This document shows, piece after piece, positions 17,729-25,980 of a stretch of DNA of 27,179 nucleotides; position 1 is the first letter of the stretch, and each line of letters opens with the position of its first letter. The translations under genes were made by a program, and so were the position numbers. This DNA comes from Nitrospinota bacterium (GTDB taxonomy: Bacteria > UBA8248), in assembly GCA_046581755.1 (NCBI GenBank), contig JAYGFR010000078.1, forward strand, positions 1-27,179, in the 5' to 3' direction. The notes beneath the pieces were generated by a model. That model was given only the letters and a program-made list of their open reading frames with translations. It was not told the DNA's origin and searched no databases.

Positions 17729-17777
17729 TGTTTCGCTCTCAGGCGGCCCGGGCTCCATCCCCGGGTTTTCCTGGCTG
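17729..17777. repeat. Direct repeat copy 2 (about 49 bp)
   Basis: TGTTTCGCTCTCAGGCGGCCCGGGCTCCATCCCCGGGTTTTCCTGGCTG; sits 8 nt past the dehydrogenase stop, as copy 1 does for the LLM stop. Confidence 0.9.
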
Positions 17778-17785
17778 GAACCCCA

Positions 17786-18802
17786 TCAAGAAACGATCCC
17801 TTGGGCTTTTTCGCCCCGGAAGAATTTTTGAATATTTTCAAGAACGGCCGGAACGTCCACGCCCCATGCGCGGTATGAGCCTCCGCCCGTATGGGGAGAG
17901 AATACGATGTTGGGAAGATCCCGGAGCGGGCTCGACTCGGGAAGGGGCTCCCAGCGGTAGACATCGAGCCCGGCCATTGCGATTTGCCTGTCGCGGAGAG
18001 CCTTGAGAAGCGCATCTTCATCGATGAGTCCGCCCCGGCCGACATTGATCAGGGTGGCCGAGGATTTCATTTTTGTGAATTCGGCCTCGCCGATGATTCC
18101 CTCGGTCTCCGGCGTATGGGGAATGATCAGTACGATGAAATCGGATTTGGAAAGGAGGTCATCGAACGGCAGGTAGGTGGCGTCAAAGGCTTCTTCCACC
18201 TTCTTTGGATGGGGAGTCCTCTGGTGGTAATAAATATCCATGTTGAAAGCGCGGCACCGGGTCGCGATTTCCATTCCAATATCGCCCAGGCCGACTATCC
18301 CGACAGAGGCGCCAAATAGCTCGGTGACCCCTTCGATGCCGGTCCAATTGGTTTTGAAATCCCATTGGCTGGTCTGTATGGGTTCGACCCCGTGGTTCCG
18401 GTAGGCTGCCTCGGCGACTGCCCGATGGCCCATTATGGATTTGTGGGCGCAGCAGAGCATCAGCGTCAACGACTGTTCGGCGACCGAAGCGTTTCGCATC
18501 AAGGGCATGGTGGCGACGGGGATTCCCAGTTCGCGGGCGGCGGCAAGGTCGATATTTTTGGAATTCAGCCCGTGTTTCTGGATGAATTTGAGGGAAGGAG
18601 CGGATTGAATGACCGGCCCCGAGAGTTCGGCCTTATAGCACAGTATGGCATCCGCGGCCGGAGCGGCGGCCATCAAGGATTCTTCGTCCTCTCCCTTGGC
18701 CAAAACCAGGTCAAAAGGCATCCCCTCCGAAAATTCCTTTACACGATCGAGGTATTTTCCCGAAACAACGTCCACAACCATCAGGTAAATTACATCGGAC
18801 AT
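17786..18802 (-). CDS. D-isomer-specific 2-hydroxyacid dehydrogenase (glyoxylate/hydroxypyruvate reductase-like)
   Basis: SVAEQ, GIVGLGDIG, INVGRGGLIDE, AGLDVYRWEP, SPHTGG (catalytic R/E/H). Likely start MSDV at 18802 after GGAG. Confidence 0.92.
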   Translation of the reverse strand: MSDVIYLMVVDVVSGKYLDRVKEFSEGMPFDLVLAKGEDEESLMAAAPAADAILCYKAELSGPVIQSAPSLKFIQKHGLNSKNIDLAAARELGIPVATMPLMRNASVAEQSLTLMLCCAHKSIMGHRAVAEAAYRNHGVEPIQTSQWDFKTNWTGIEGVTELFGASVGIVGLGDIGMEIATRCRAFNMDIYYHQRTPHPKKVEEAFDATYLPFDDLLSKSDFIVLIIPHTPETEGIIGEAEFTKMKSSATLINVGRGGLIDEDALLKALRDRQIAMAGLDVYRWEPLPESSPLRDLPNIVFSPHTGGGSYRAWGVDVPAVLENIQKFFRGEKAQGIVS

Positions 18803-18976
18803 CGTGAATTTCTCCATTTTACCGCAATAAAGCACTGCGATTCGGCTTTGTGAAGGTGTCGCGATTCTGAATAAAAGAATTTTTCATGAGGATGTCATCC
18901 CGGGGTTTATTTCATTTTCCGCCCGGATAAGTCAAATTGGGCTCCATTTTCAGGAGATCTACGGAGATTGTGTCGA

Positions 18977-18991
18977 ATAGGAAATTCCTAT
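18977..18991. promoter_or_regulatory. Putative LysR-type operator (T-N11-A palindrome)
   Basis: ATAGGAAATTCCTAT inverted repeat 60 bp upstream of the LysR start, in the divergent promoter region. Confidence 0.6.
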
Positions 18992-19050
18992 AGATATTTA
19001 GTCTTGAGGGTTGATTTTTCGATAAGGCACCGATGGGGCATGGGCGGTCG

Positions 19051-19947
19051 ATGGAAATTCGGCAGATGGAAATTTTGTGCAAGGTCATCGAGACGGAAAG
19101 CTTCTCGGGCGCGGCGAAAGCGATGGGGCTCTCTCAGCCGACAGCCAGCGAACACATCAAAACCCTGGAATCCGAGTTGGGAACCCCTTTGTTCGATCGC
19201 CTGGGGAGAACGGTTCAGCCCACCAAGGCGGGCAAGGTCCTCCACAAATATGCAAAAAAAATGCTGGATGCAAGGGAGGATGCCAAGGCCGCGATAGAGG
19301 CGTATCTTGGGGTCATTTCCGGGCAACTCGATATTGGGGCCAGCACAATTCCGGGCGGATACCTCCTTCCCCATTTGCTGGGGGATTTCAAGTTGCTTCA
19401 TCCCGAGACCTCTGTAGTCATAAACATTCAGGACACCCAAAAAGTGATCGAGGGTGTTCTGGAGGGTACGATCGATTTGGGTGTCACAGGTGCGAAGCTC
19501 TCCGGGGGGCAATTGATTTACCGGCTTTTTACCCGGGATGAGCTGGTTTTGGCGGTTCCCCCCGGACACGCTCTGGCCAAAAAAAAGAAAATCCAAGCCC
19601 AGGAGCTTCGGGGCGTAAAGATGATTGTTCGCGAGGAGGGATCGGGGACAAGGCTGGTCGCTGACGAGCGTCTCCACGAAATTGGATTCGATATGGAGGC
19701 GGACCAGGTAGCCGCGGTATTGGGAAATTCCCAGGCGGTCCGGACCGCTCTGAAAGCGGGAGTGGGGGTGGCGATCATCTCCCAGATCGCGGTTGAGGAG
19801 GATTTTAATACGGGTGCCCTGTGTTCGGTGGGAATCAAAAATTTTGCTTGCATGCGAGAGTTTTATTCGGTCGTCCATAAGGCAAGGACATTGACTCCCC
19901 TTGGCAGGGCTTTTTTGGAGTTTATTCACCACGAAAGGGCAAACTAG
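19051..19947 (+). CDS. LysR family transcriptional regulator (CysL-like / selenium-metabolism-associated type)
   Basis: HTH SFSGAAKAMGLSQPTASEHIKTLE, LFDR, substrate domain IGASTIPGGYLLP and REEGSGTR. Confidence 0.93.
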   Translation: MEIRQMEILCKVIETESFSGAAKAMGLSQPTASEHIKTLESELGTPLFDRLGRTVQPTKAGKVLHKYAKKMLDAREDAKAAIEAYLGVISGQLDIGASTIPGGYLLPHLLGDFKLLHPETSVVINIQDTQKVIEGVLEGTIDLGVTGAKLSGGQLIYRLFTRDELVLAVPPGHALAKKKKIQAQELRGVKMIVREEGSGTRLVADERLHEIGFDMEADQVAAVLGNSQAVRTALKAGVGVAIISQIAVEEDFNTGALCSVGIKNFACMREFYSVVHKARTLTPLGRAFLEFIHHERAN

Positions 19948-20192
19948 AAGCCTTTATCCGGAAATTTTTGCCTGAAATCGGGATTTCGGGAAATTTTAAA
20001 ATGACCGCGTTTGGGGCAATCGGGCCGATGAAGTTATAACCGGCGTTAATTCAATTGCTTATATTGGCACCCCCTTTTTTCATAGTGCCGGAGGCGGTAT
20101 GGTCTTTGCTTGTTTCTAAGGAGGAGCAATTAGGGAGGAGCAATATTTTTGCCTTTTCCCGCTTCCCGGGAAATGAAAGAGGAGACAAACGA

Positions 20193-20672
20193 ATGGGGCG
20201 CCGGAGCCACCAGGGACATTCCAATGATTCGATAGCCAATATCCATGCAGCCCGAATCCGCCGCTGGATTATTGTGTTGAGCCTCCCGTTCTTTTTGGGG
20301 GCCTGCACGGCTCTGAAAACCTCCATCAAGGAAAAGATCAAGGAGATTAAGATTGTAAAAAGGGCGAAGATGCGTCCCGTCGGGGAGGTGGTTCTCAAGG
20401 GTTTGCCCCGGCATTTAATGGTTGTCCCCCGGAAGGAGTTCGTCTGGCTTTGGAACAAGCCGGGAGGAATGGAAGCCCGCGCGATACGTCTCATAAAAGT
20501 TCCTTCCGGGTCCACCGGCAGGGTTTTGGAATACGAACCGGAAATCTCCTCTCACGCGATATGGGGTGAGGAAGGGTTGGAAAATTACCGGAGACAACCC
20601 ATCCGGTGGGTCAAAGTCGCCACTTTTTCGGGGACAGGGTGGGTGAGAACCGAGTTCATAGACCCCCGTTAA
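20193..20672 (+). CDS. Hypothetical lipoprotein with a possible C-terminal SH3b-like domain
   Basis: RBS GAGGAG, hydrophobic stretch ending in lipobox LGAC, C-terminal RWVKV...GTGWVRTEFI pattern. Confidence 0.6.
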   Translation: MGRRSHQGHSNDSIANIHAARIRRWIIVLSLPFFLGACTALKTSIKEKIKEIKIVKRAKMRPVGEVVLKGLPRHLMVVPRKEFVWLWNKPGGMEARAIRLIKVPSGSTGRVLEYEPEISSHAIWGEEGLENYRRQPIRWVKVATFSGTGWVRTEFIDPR

Positions 20673-20800
20673 TTTAAATTTTCGAAATTCTATTTGATGA
20701 AACGAACAGATACTTTTACGTCTTTCTGCGGTACAATTAGATATTTTAGAGGATGCCGGCAATGGAATCCTCATTATTTTTTGTGGAACGAGGATCCTCA

Positions 20801-21286
20801 ATGCCAATCCGAATCACTTCATATGGGATTATTGCCGGTGCGATTGCACTTTTCATGTTTTCCGGTGTTTCGAAGGCAGGTCGGGATAAGCCGGAATCTC
20901 CGGAAGAAATTCAAAAGAATCGAACCTTGACCATGAAGACCATTGATAAGGCCATGCGCAGGATCAGGGTATTGGCCAGCAAAGGACAATGGAATCAATT
21001 GGCCGCTACCGCAAAAGATATATCCGGGCTCATCACCCGGATTCCGGAATTGAGCCCGGAAGGCAGCGGGTTCGGTGAAAAATCTCGCATTAAACCAGAG
21101 GTGTGGTTGAATTTTTCGGAGTACGAGGAGCTTTCCATAAAATCATCGTCCGCCGCCTTGAATCTTGCCAAGCTGGCCGAGGGGGGGGATTCGGGTGTGA
21201 TGATGCGTTCTTTTGTCGATCTCGCGAAAACCTGCCGGGCGTGTCACAAGCCGTTTCGAAAGAAAAAGAAAAAGAGGCGGAAATGA
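20801..21286 (+). CDS. Class II cytochrome c (cytochrome c'/c556 family)
   Basis: Signal peptide, helical body, SRIKPEVW, single C-terminal heme motif TCRACHKPFR. RBS GAGGA. Confidence 0.88.
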   Translation: MPIRITSYGIIAGAIALFMFSGVSKAGRDKPESPEEIQKNRTLTMKTIDKAMRRIRVLASKGQWNQLAATAKDISGLITRIPELSPEGSGFGEKSRIKPEVWLNFSEYEELSIKSSSAALNLAKLAEGGDSGVMMRSFVDLAKTCRACHKPFRKKKKKRRK

Positions 21287-21795
21287 ACAGATCCAAACCG
21301 GCGTCAAGGATTTTTATTCGCCTGTTCTTGATATTTTTTGGGGTCACCGTGGTTTCCGGATGTACGGAATCGTTGTTCATCGGATCCCAGATCCCGGGCC
21401 GAAGCGGCCTGATGATGACGCTCAGGCAGTTTGAGACCGGGGTCAAATGGCGAAACTGGCCCACCATGCTGGAAGCGTTTTACCTCCCGGACCATGCCGA
21501 GGAAGCGAAACGAATCTACGGGAGCGATTTGGGAAAGTGGTTCCGTTCCGATGAGGCGACCGCGGCACTCACTTCCGGAAAAGTGGGAGACCCTCGGTAT
21601 TTTTGCGTTCTTGCTTTCCGGACGAAACGGCTATCCACCAGATTTGAACCTCATTACGTGGTGTACTACCGGGTTCAAAAGGATTCGTGCCGAAAGCAAC
21701 TCGAATTTCCCCCGCCAGGACTTGCGGAGGGACAAATGGAATGGGGATTCGAAGTCAAGCAGCGGCGGTGGATCCATCTGCGGTCACTCGGATAA
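21283..21795 (+). CDS. Hypothetical lipoprotein
   Basis: ATG overlaps the cytochrome stop (ATGA); signal MNRSKPASRIFIRLFLIFFGVTVVSG-C with a lipobox. Confidence 0.65.
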   Translation: MNRSKPASRIFIRLFLIFFGVTVVSGCTESLFIGSQIPGRSGLMMTLRQFETGVKWRNWPTMLEAFYLPDHAEEAKRIYGSDLGKWFRSDEATAALTSGKVGDPRYFCVLAFRTKRLSTRFEPHYVVYYRVQKDSCRKQLEFPPPGLAEGQMEWGFEVKQRRWIHLRSLG

Positions 21796-21847
21796 TTCGG
21801 CGGGATTCGCGGCCCCCATTTCCGGCGGGATAATTCGGCGGGTTGCG

Positions 21848-23296
21848 CTAGGCGTCCAGTTTTTCTTTCAGTATTTTTTGAACTGTCTGGGGATTGGCTT
21901 TTCCTTGGGTGGCCTTCATGACCTGACCCACAAAAAAACCGATGAGTTTGATTTTTCCGCCCTTGTACCCTTCCACCTCGCCGGGGTTGGCCTCAATAAC
22001 ATCATCCACCGCGGCCTCGATGGCGCCGGTGTCCGTAATTTGACGCAATCCTTGTTCTTCAACGATGCCCTCCGGATCGTCTCCGGTTTTGGCCATGATG
22101 TCGAATACCTGCTTGGCGATCTTGCCGCTGATCGTATCGTCTTCAATCAAACTGACCATTTTCGCTAGATTGCCGGGCGATACGGGGCAGTCCTCGATCG
22201 ATAGATTTTTCTCGTTTAAAAGCCTGAGAACGTCTCCCATCACCCAGTTGCTCACGGATTTCGCCGCGCCGGGTTTTGCGGCGTTTTCCGCGCGCTCGAA
22301 ATAGGCGGCGAGAGGGCGCTCGGCGGTGAGTACATCTGCATCGTATAATGGGAGTCCGTATACACTTTGGAATCTCTCGCGTTTTTTGTCCGGCAACTCG
22401 GGAAGCGCCGCTTGAACCGCATCGATCCATTCCTTGCCCACCTTGAGGGGAACGAGGTCCGGGTCGGGAAAATATCTGTAGTCATGGGAGTATTCCTTGG
22501 TTCTCATTGGCTGGGTCATGCCCGTGGAATCGTCCCATAGGCGCGTTTCTTGAATGAGGATTTCTCCAGCCTCGACGGCGATTTGTTGCCTCCCCTCTTC
22601 ATATTCAAGCGCCCTCCGAAGGTTGCGGAACGAGTTCATGTTTTTGATCTCAATCTTCTGGCCGAGCTCTTGGGAACCCCGGGGCCGGATGGAGATATTG
22701 GCGTCGCAACGAAGGCTTCCCTCCTGCATGTTGCCGTCGCATATTTCCAGATAGCGGACCAGCGTGTGAATTTTTCTCAGGTAGATTTCCGCCTCCTCGG
22801 GGCTGCGAATATCCGGCTCGCTTACGATTTCGAGAAGAGGAATGCCCGCTCGATTCAAATCCACATAGGAGTGAGCCGAATCGCCTAATTCATCGCCATG
22901 AATTAGCTTCCCTGCGTCTTCCTCCACGTGGATCCGCTTGATTCGGATCCCTTTCATTTCCTTGTTTTTAAGGAAGATATTTACCTCTCCCCCCTCGCAT
23001 AGAGGCTCTTCGAATTGGCTGATCTGGTAGCCCTTCGGCAGGTCCGGGTAAAAATAGTGTTTTCGGGCAAACCGGCACATGGGCGCAATCTCGGCTCCGA
23101 CGGCGAGCCCGAGGCGAATGGCGAATTCGACCACCTGGCGGTTCAGCACAGGCAAAACCCCCGGAAGCCCGAGATCCACAGTGGTCGTGTGTTCGTTCGG
23201 GTCTCCTCCAAACGCCGTGCTGGAGCCGCAAAAAATTTTACTTTCCGTGTTCAGCTGTGCATGAACTTCCAGCCCGATAATGGTTTCGAAGCTCAT
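21848..23296 (-). CDS. gatB: Asp-tRNA(Asn)/Glu-tRNA(Gln) amidotransferase subunit B
   Basis: IGLEVHAQL, RKHYFYPDLPKGYQISQ, EEDAGK, DLNRAGIPLLEIVSEPD, LRCDANIS, DYRYFPDPDL, C-terminal YqeY domain. Confidence 0.98.
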   Translation of the reverse strand: MSFETIIGLEVHAQLNTESKIFCGSSTAFGGDPNEHTTTVDLGLPGVLPVLNRQVVEFAIRLGLAVGAEIAPMCRFARKHYFYPDLPKGYQISQFEEPLCEGGEVNIFLKNKEMKGIRIKRIHVEEDAGKLIHGDELGDSAHSYVDLNRAGIPLLEIVSEPDIRSPEEAEIYLRKIHTLVRYLEICDGNMQEGSLRCDANISIRPRGSQELGQKIEIKNMNSFRNLRRALEYEEGRQQIAVEAGEILIQETRLWDDSTGMTQPMRTKEYSHDYRYFPDPDLVPLKVGKEWIDAVQAALPELPDKKRERFQSVYGLPLYDADVLTAERPLAAYFERAENAAKPGAAKSVSNWVMGDVLRLLNEKNLSIEDCPVSPGNLAKMVSLIEDDTISGKIAKQVFDIMAKTGDDPEGIVEEQGLRQITDTGAIEAAVDDVIEANPGEVEGYKGGKIKLIGFFVGQVMKATQGKANPQTVQKILKEKLDA

Positions 23297-23405
23297 CGAA
23301 TGATTACCCTCTTGAGAAAAATAAAACGGTTATGTTCAATGGATCCAGGAATCCGGAGCGGATTAAATAGCCCCCTTCGAAACGAGGGCCGCCCCTCACG
23401 AGAGG

Positions 23406-24446
23406 TCATTTCGATTTTTCCAGACGGTTCTGCACCCGGGCGATGAGAGCCTGGGTGAATGATTCCGTACCGCGAGGTCCGCCCAGGTCGCCCGTGGTTT
23501 CTCCCTCATCCATGCAATCGAAAAGTCCGGCCCGAATCGCCTCCGCCGGTCCGGTGTCTCCGATGTGGGCCAGGAGCATCGAGAAGGCGAGGAGAATGGC
23601 TGTCGGGTTGGCTTTGTCCTGACCCGCGATGTCGGGGGCGGTGCCGTGGGTCGCATCGAACATGGCCACGCTTACACGGCCTTTATCGTCGAACCAAAGC
23701 GACACGGAAGCTCCCAGCCCCAGGCTCCCGACCAGGCCGCTGGCCAGGTCGGAAAGAAAGTCCCCGTATTCGTTCAGGACAAGAACCACCTGGAACGGTT
23801 CGGGATTCATCACCAACTTGGCGAGGAGGGCATCGAACAGTTCACGGCGGTGTTCGATTTGGCCCGAATACTGAACCTCTCTGGAAACCTCATCGACGAT
23901 ATCCTCGAAGAGGCCATCCGTTACACGCTGGATGGTGAATTTGCTCGATGAGGTGAGCGACTTTCGATCCCGCATGGCGATTGAAAATGCGTATTGTGCG
24001 GCTTGCTCACAGGTTTTTCGATCGACCACACGGAGACTCACCGCTGCGTAGTCGCCGAGCATTTGTCCCGGGTCGTCGTATGTACCCCCCGTAGCCACAC
24101 GAACGATATCCAGATCGATTTTTCCCGTGAAATTGGTCTTGATCCCCGGGATGGTGGAAATCGGCCTGTGGATAACGGAGAATTTCAGCAGCTTCCGTAA
24201 TACCGCGTTCGGGCTCTCGTCGACGGTCGCGGTGGGATATTTGAGTCCAATTCCGGTTCGGTGCATCGGCGCCACCGCTTCATCGTACAGGTGCCGAGCC
24301 CCTTTTTTCCGGGTCTCGTAGGACAGATCGACCGTATTGAACCGGTAATTGCCGGGAAGAGCGTCCGCGACCGCATGGACGCTTTTTCTCAACTCTTCTG
24401 CGATTCCATCACCCAAAAGTTCGGTGATCTCCTGGTCATCGCTCAC
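23406..24446 (-). CDS. Isocitrate/isopropylmalate dehydrogenase family protein (divergent, IDH-like)
   Basis: GDGIAEE, SPNAVLRK, NEYGDFLSDLASGLVGSLG, THGTAPDIAGQDKANP, TTGDLGG. GTG start at 24446. Confidence 0.9.
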   Translation of the reverse strand: MSDDQEITELLGDGIAEELRKSVHAVADALPGNYRFNTVDLSYETRKKGARHLYDEAVAPMHRTGIGLKYPTATVDESPNAVLRKLLKFSVIHRPISTIPGIKTNFTGKIDLDIVRVATGGTYDDPGQMLGDYAAVSLRVVDRKTCEQAAQYAFSIAMRDRKSLTSSSKFTIQRVTDGLFEDIVDEVSREVQYSGQIEHRRELFDALLAKLVMNPEPFQVVLVLNEYGDFLSDLASGLVGSLGLGASVSLWFDDKGRVSVAMFDATHGTAPDIAGQDKANPTAILLAFSMLLAHIGDTGPAEAIRAGLFDCMDEGETTGDLGGPRGTESFTQALIARVQNRLEKSK

Positions 24447-24471
24447 GCCGCCATCCTTCAAAGTGGGTTTC

Positions 24472-25947
24472 CTAAAGGGGCGGGATCGCCAGGTGGTGAT
24501 AGGTGCTCCCTTCATAGGCCATCGCGGCCCGAAGAACAGCTTGCTCCCCCCACGGCTTCCCCACAATTTGAAGACCGATCGGAAGCTTGGATGAAGTGAA
24601 TCCGCACGGCTGGCTGATCCCGGGCAGGCCGACGAGGTTGCATGGAATCGTCAGGATGTCCGATAAATACATGCTAATCGGATCGTTCATCCGCTCACCG
24701 AACCGGAATGCGGGTGTCGGCGTGGTCGCCGACAAGATGACGTCCACGGATCTGAAGGCCTCCCGGTATTCCCGGCAAATCAGGGTCCGCACCCGCTGCG
24801 CCTTCGTGTAGTAAGCGTCGTAGTACCCGGACGACAGAGCATAGGTTCCGAGCATGATTCGCCGCTTGACCTCTTCCCCGAAACCCTCATCGCGGCTTCC
24901 GGCATACATCCCGTGAAGGGAACCGAATTCCGAAGTTTTTGCCCGAGCGCGGCGCCCGAAACGAACGCCATCGTAGCGCGCCAGATTGCTGCTCGCCTCC
25001 GCCGGGGCAATAATATGGTACACTGGGAGAGCATATTCCGTGTTGGGCAGCGAAATTTCCAGAATTTCTGCTCCAAGGCCTTCCAACACCTGAATGGCAT
25101 CTCGAATGGCCTCCTCGACCTCCGGGTCCATCCCTTCGATGAAGTACTCCTTTGGAATTCCGATGCGAAGCCCTTTGACGCCGGCGTCCAAATTTTCCGT
25201 GTAATCCGGAACAGCCTCCTCGACCGAGGTTGAGTCCAAAGGGTCGTGGCCGCTGACGGCATTGAGCATCATGGCGCAGTCGTAAACGGTGTGGGTGAAT
25301 GGACCGATCTGATCGAGGGAGCTTGCAAAAGCGATTAATCCGTAACGGGATACGCGTCCATAAGTGGGTTTCATCCCCACCACTCCGCAGCAGGAGGCAG
25401 GCTGGCGGATGGAGCCGCCCGTATCCGAGCCCAGGGACATGGCGCACGATCTGGCCGCCACCGCCGCGGCCGAGCCACCGCTGCTTCCTCCGGGGGTGGT
25501 CTCCAAGTTCCAGGGATTCCGGGTCGGGCCGTAGGCGCTGTGTTCCGTCGAGGAGCCCATGGCGAATTCGTCCATGTTGAGCTTGCCCATAATGACGGCG
25601 CCCGCTTCTTTCAGCAGACGGACCGCCGTGGCGTCATAGGGGGCGATAAAATTTTCGAGAATTTTCGATCCGCAGGTGGTTTCCACACCCTTCATGCACA
25701 AAAGATCTTTCACGGCCACCGGAATTCCGAGCAGCGGAGAGGTATTGTCTCCGTTCGCGAGGCGATTGTCGGCTTCGCGTGCGGAGTCAAGAGCCTTCTC
25801 GTTCAAAACCTTCAGGTATGCGTGGACCCGTCCGTCGGTCTCCTCGATTCTATTCAGGTAGGCCTGTGTGGCTTCCACCGAAGAGATTTCCTGGGATTGG
25901 AGTTTTTCGGACAGTTCCCGGGCGGTGAGGGAAATCAATTCGTTCAT
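24472..25947 (-). CDS. gatA: Asp-tRNA(Asn)/Glu-tRNA(Gln) amidotransferase subunit A
   Basis: Amidase signature [68 protein letters not shown]. Confidence 0.98.
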   Translation of the reverse strand: MNELISLTARELSEKLQSQEISSVEATQAYLNRIEETDGRVHAYLKVLNEKALDSAREADNRLANGDNTSPLLGIPVAVKDLLCMKGVETTCGSKILENFIAPYDATAVRLLKEAGAVIMGKLNMDEFAMGSSTEHSAYGPTRNPWNLETTPGGSSGGSAAAVAARSCAMSLGSDTGGSIRQPASCCGVVGMKPTYGRVSRYGLIAFASSLDQIGPFTHTVYDCAMMLNAVSGHDPLDSTSVEEAVPDYTENLDAGVKGLRIGIPKEYFIEGMDPEVEEAIRDAIQVLEGLGAEILEISLPNTEYALPVYHIIAPAEASSNLARYDGVRFGRRARAKTSEFGSLHGMYAGSRDEGFGEEVKRRIMLGTYALSSGYYDAYYTKAQRVRTLICREYREAFRSVDVILSATTPTPAFRFGERMNDPISMYLSDILTIPCNLVGLPGISQPCGFTSSKLPIGLQIVGKPWGEQAVLRAAMAYEGSTYHHLAIPPL

Positions 25948-25980
25948 AAATTCTCCGTTCAGGCAAAATGGCCCAAGATG

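Noticed and set aside
16374..17777. CRISPR array or IS element interpretation of the repeats
   Set aside because: Only two copies, 1.3 kb apart, in direct orientation, with no cas or transposase gene.
18896..18910. Short similarity (CATCCCGGGGTTT) to the 50-bp repeat core
   Set aside because: Too short and degenerate to distinguish from chance.
17786..19947. Selenoprotein (UGA read-through) near the selenium-associated-type LysR
   Set aside because: The neighbouring genes appear full length at their stops; I saw no in-frame TGA at a catalytic Cys position and no sel genes in the window.
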